Position numbers and translations under genes: made by a program. A DNA stretch of 64,000 nucleotides from Cetorhinus maximus (lineage: Eukaryota), in NCBI RefSeq assembly GCF_964194155.1, contig NC_135888.1:129766001-129830000 (forward strand), given 5' to 3'. Shown piece by piece: positions 63,233 through 64,000 of this stretch. The first letter of the stretch is position 1. Each line of letters begins with the position of its first letter. A model generated the notes under the pieces. That model had not been told where the DNA came from. It did no database searches and worked only from the letters and a program-made list of their open reading frames with translations.

Positions 63233-64000
63233 AGCAAGAGCTACATAGTTGGAAAGAATTTGGGGTATACACAGAGGTGCCAGATAGAGGACTCCGTCTC
63301 ATAGATGGATATGCACAGAAAAGGTGCTTCCTAATAGGACTTATAAAGTTAAAGCCAAGCTAGCGGCACGGGGGTTTGAAGAAAAATTAGGTGACCAGGA
63401 TATAAGGTAAATTCATCTACATCAGGGAAAGTTATGCTGAAGCTGTTTTTAGCTCTATTAGCTACAAATGCTTGGGAATGCAAGTTCATTGATATTAAAG
63501 CTGCTTTTTTGCAGGGACACCAGCTTCAAAGGGAAGTTTTTCTCCCTCCACCAAAAGAGGTGCTAAATGCAGAAGGGACTCTTTGGAGGCTAAATAAATG
63601 CATGTACGGTTTAAATGATGCCTCAGAGTTTCGTATTTCTCAGTGAGGTCAGTTTTATTAAAGTTGGGCTGTCTTCAGTTGGAAGCAGACCTTCCAATGT
63701 TTAATTGGCACCATGGAGGGGAAACTCGCAGGCATCTTTATGATGCATGTAGATGAATTTTTGTGGGGTGGTAGTAGCGAATTTGAAACAGTTGTCGTTA
63801 ATGGGCTCAGAATGGAGTTTAAAATTGGAAGTCAGGCTTCTGGTGTGTACATTGTACGCTGGATTGGAAATCAGGCAAAGCTTTTACATCAGCAATCCTA
63901 TTTAGAGAATGTCAATATCATTGCAATTAGTTGTGGTGGGGCCTTCCAGAAAGATACAGCAGCTTCTGAAATGGAAAAAGAGGAACTCAGAAGTCTAATT

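Larger units (their letters stand above)
60010..64000 (+). mobile_element. Decayed Ty1/Copia LTR retrotransposon (GalEa-like), truncated by window end
   Basis: Domain order gag (YPPMFSE..YDQWRNE..W; CCHC knuckle ~60793), protease (AVLDSGC ~61141), integrase (HRQFAH ~61431, CxxC, FLTDNG, AESPFSNGVCERNH), RT (KAKLAARGFEE, IDIKAAFLQG, YGLND, MHVDEFLWGG ~63746). Integrase before RT defines Copia. Multiple stops and frameshifts; no 5' LTR seen. Confidence 0.9.

Noticed and set aside
53631-64000. FCHSD1 exon 3, and ITK exon 2 in 1-11079
   Set aside because: No matching exon was found by eye. They probably lie outside the window but could have been missed.

Overview
Eukaryotic, repeat-dense vertebrate genomic DNA. 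The repeat families and gene orthologies point to a cartilaginous fish (shark or ray); this is an inference. Host genes: the first coding exon of ITK (minus strand, 11080-11217); MED7 (minus strand, single coding exon 32914-33603, probable non-coding exon 1 and CpG promoter near 37.2 kb); one intact tRNA-Ser(UGA) (minus strand, 38813-38894); and the first two coding exons of FCHSD1 (plus strand, 53429-53449 and 53533-53630). Most of the rest is nested transposon debris: CR1/L2/RTE LINEs, tRNA-derived and Deu-type SINEs with 32-bp tandem expansions, and a Harbinger-like MITE. A Gypsy-type element with a tRNA-Pro PBS, a related solo LTR, and a decayed Ty1/Copia element (GalEa-like) running off the right edge are also present. 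The most striking unannotated system is a family of fold-back insertions that look Penelope-derived. They carry minimal hammerhead-ribozyme cores and are repeatedly flanked by 13-14 bp target-site duplications; one is a near-perfect ~790-bp palindrome. Almost all ORFs in the supplied track are repeat or low-complexity artefacts. All identifications were made by eye from recalled sequences; no searches were run.
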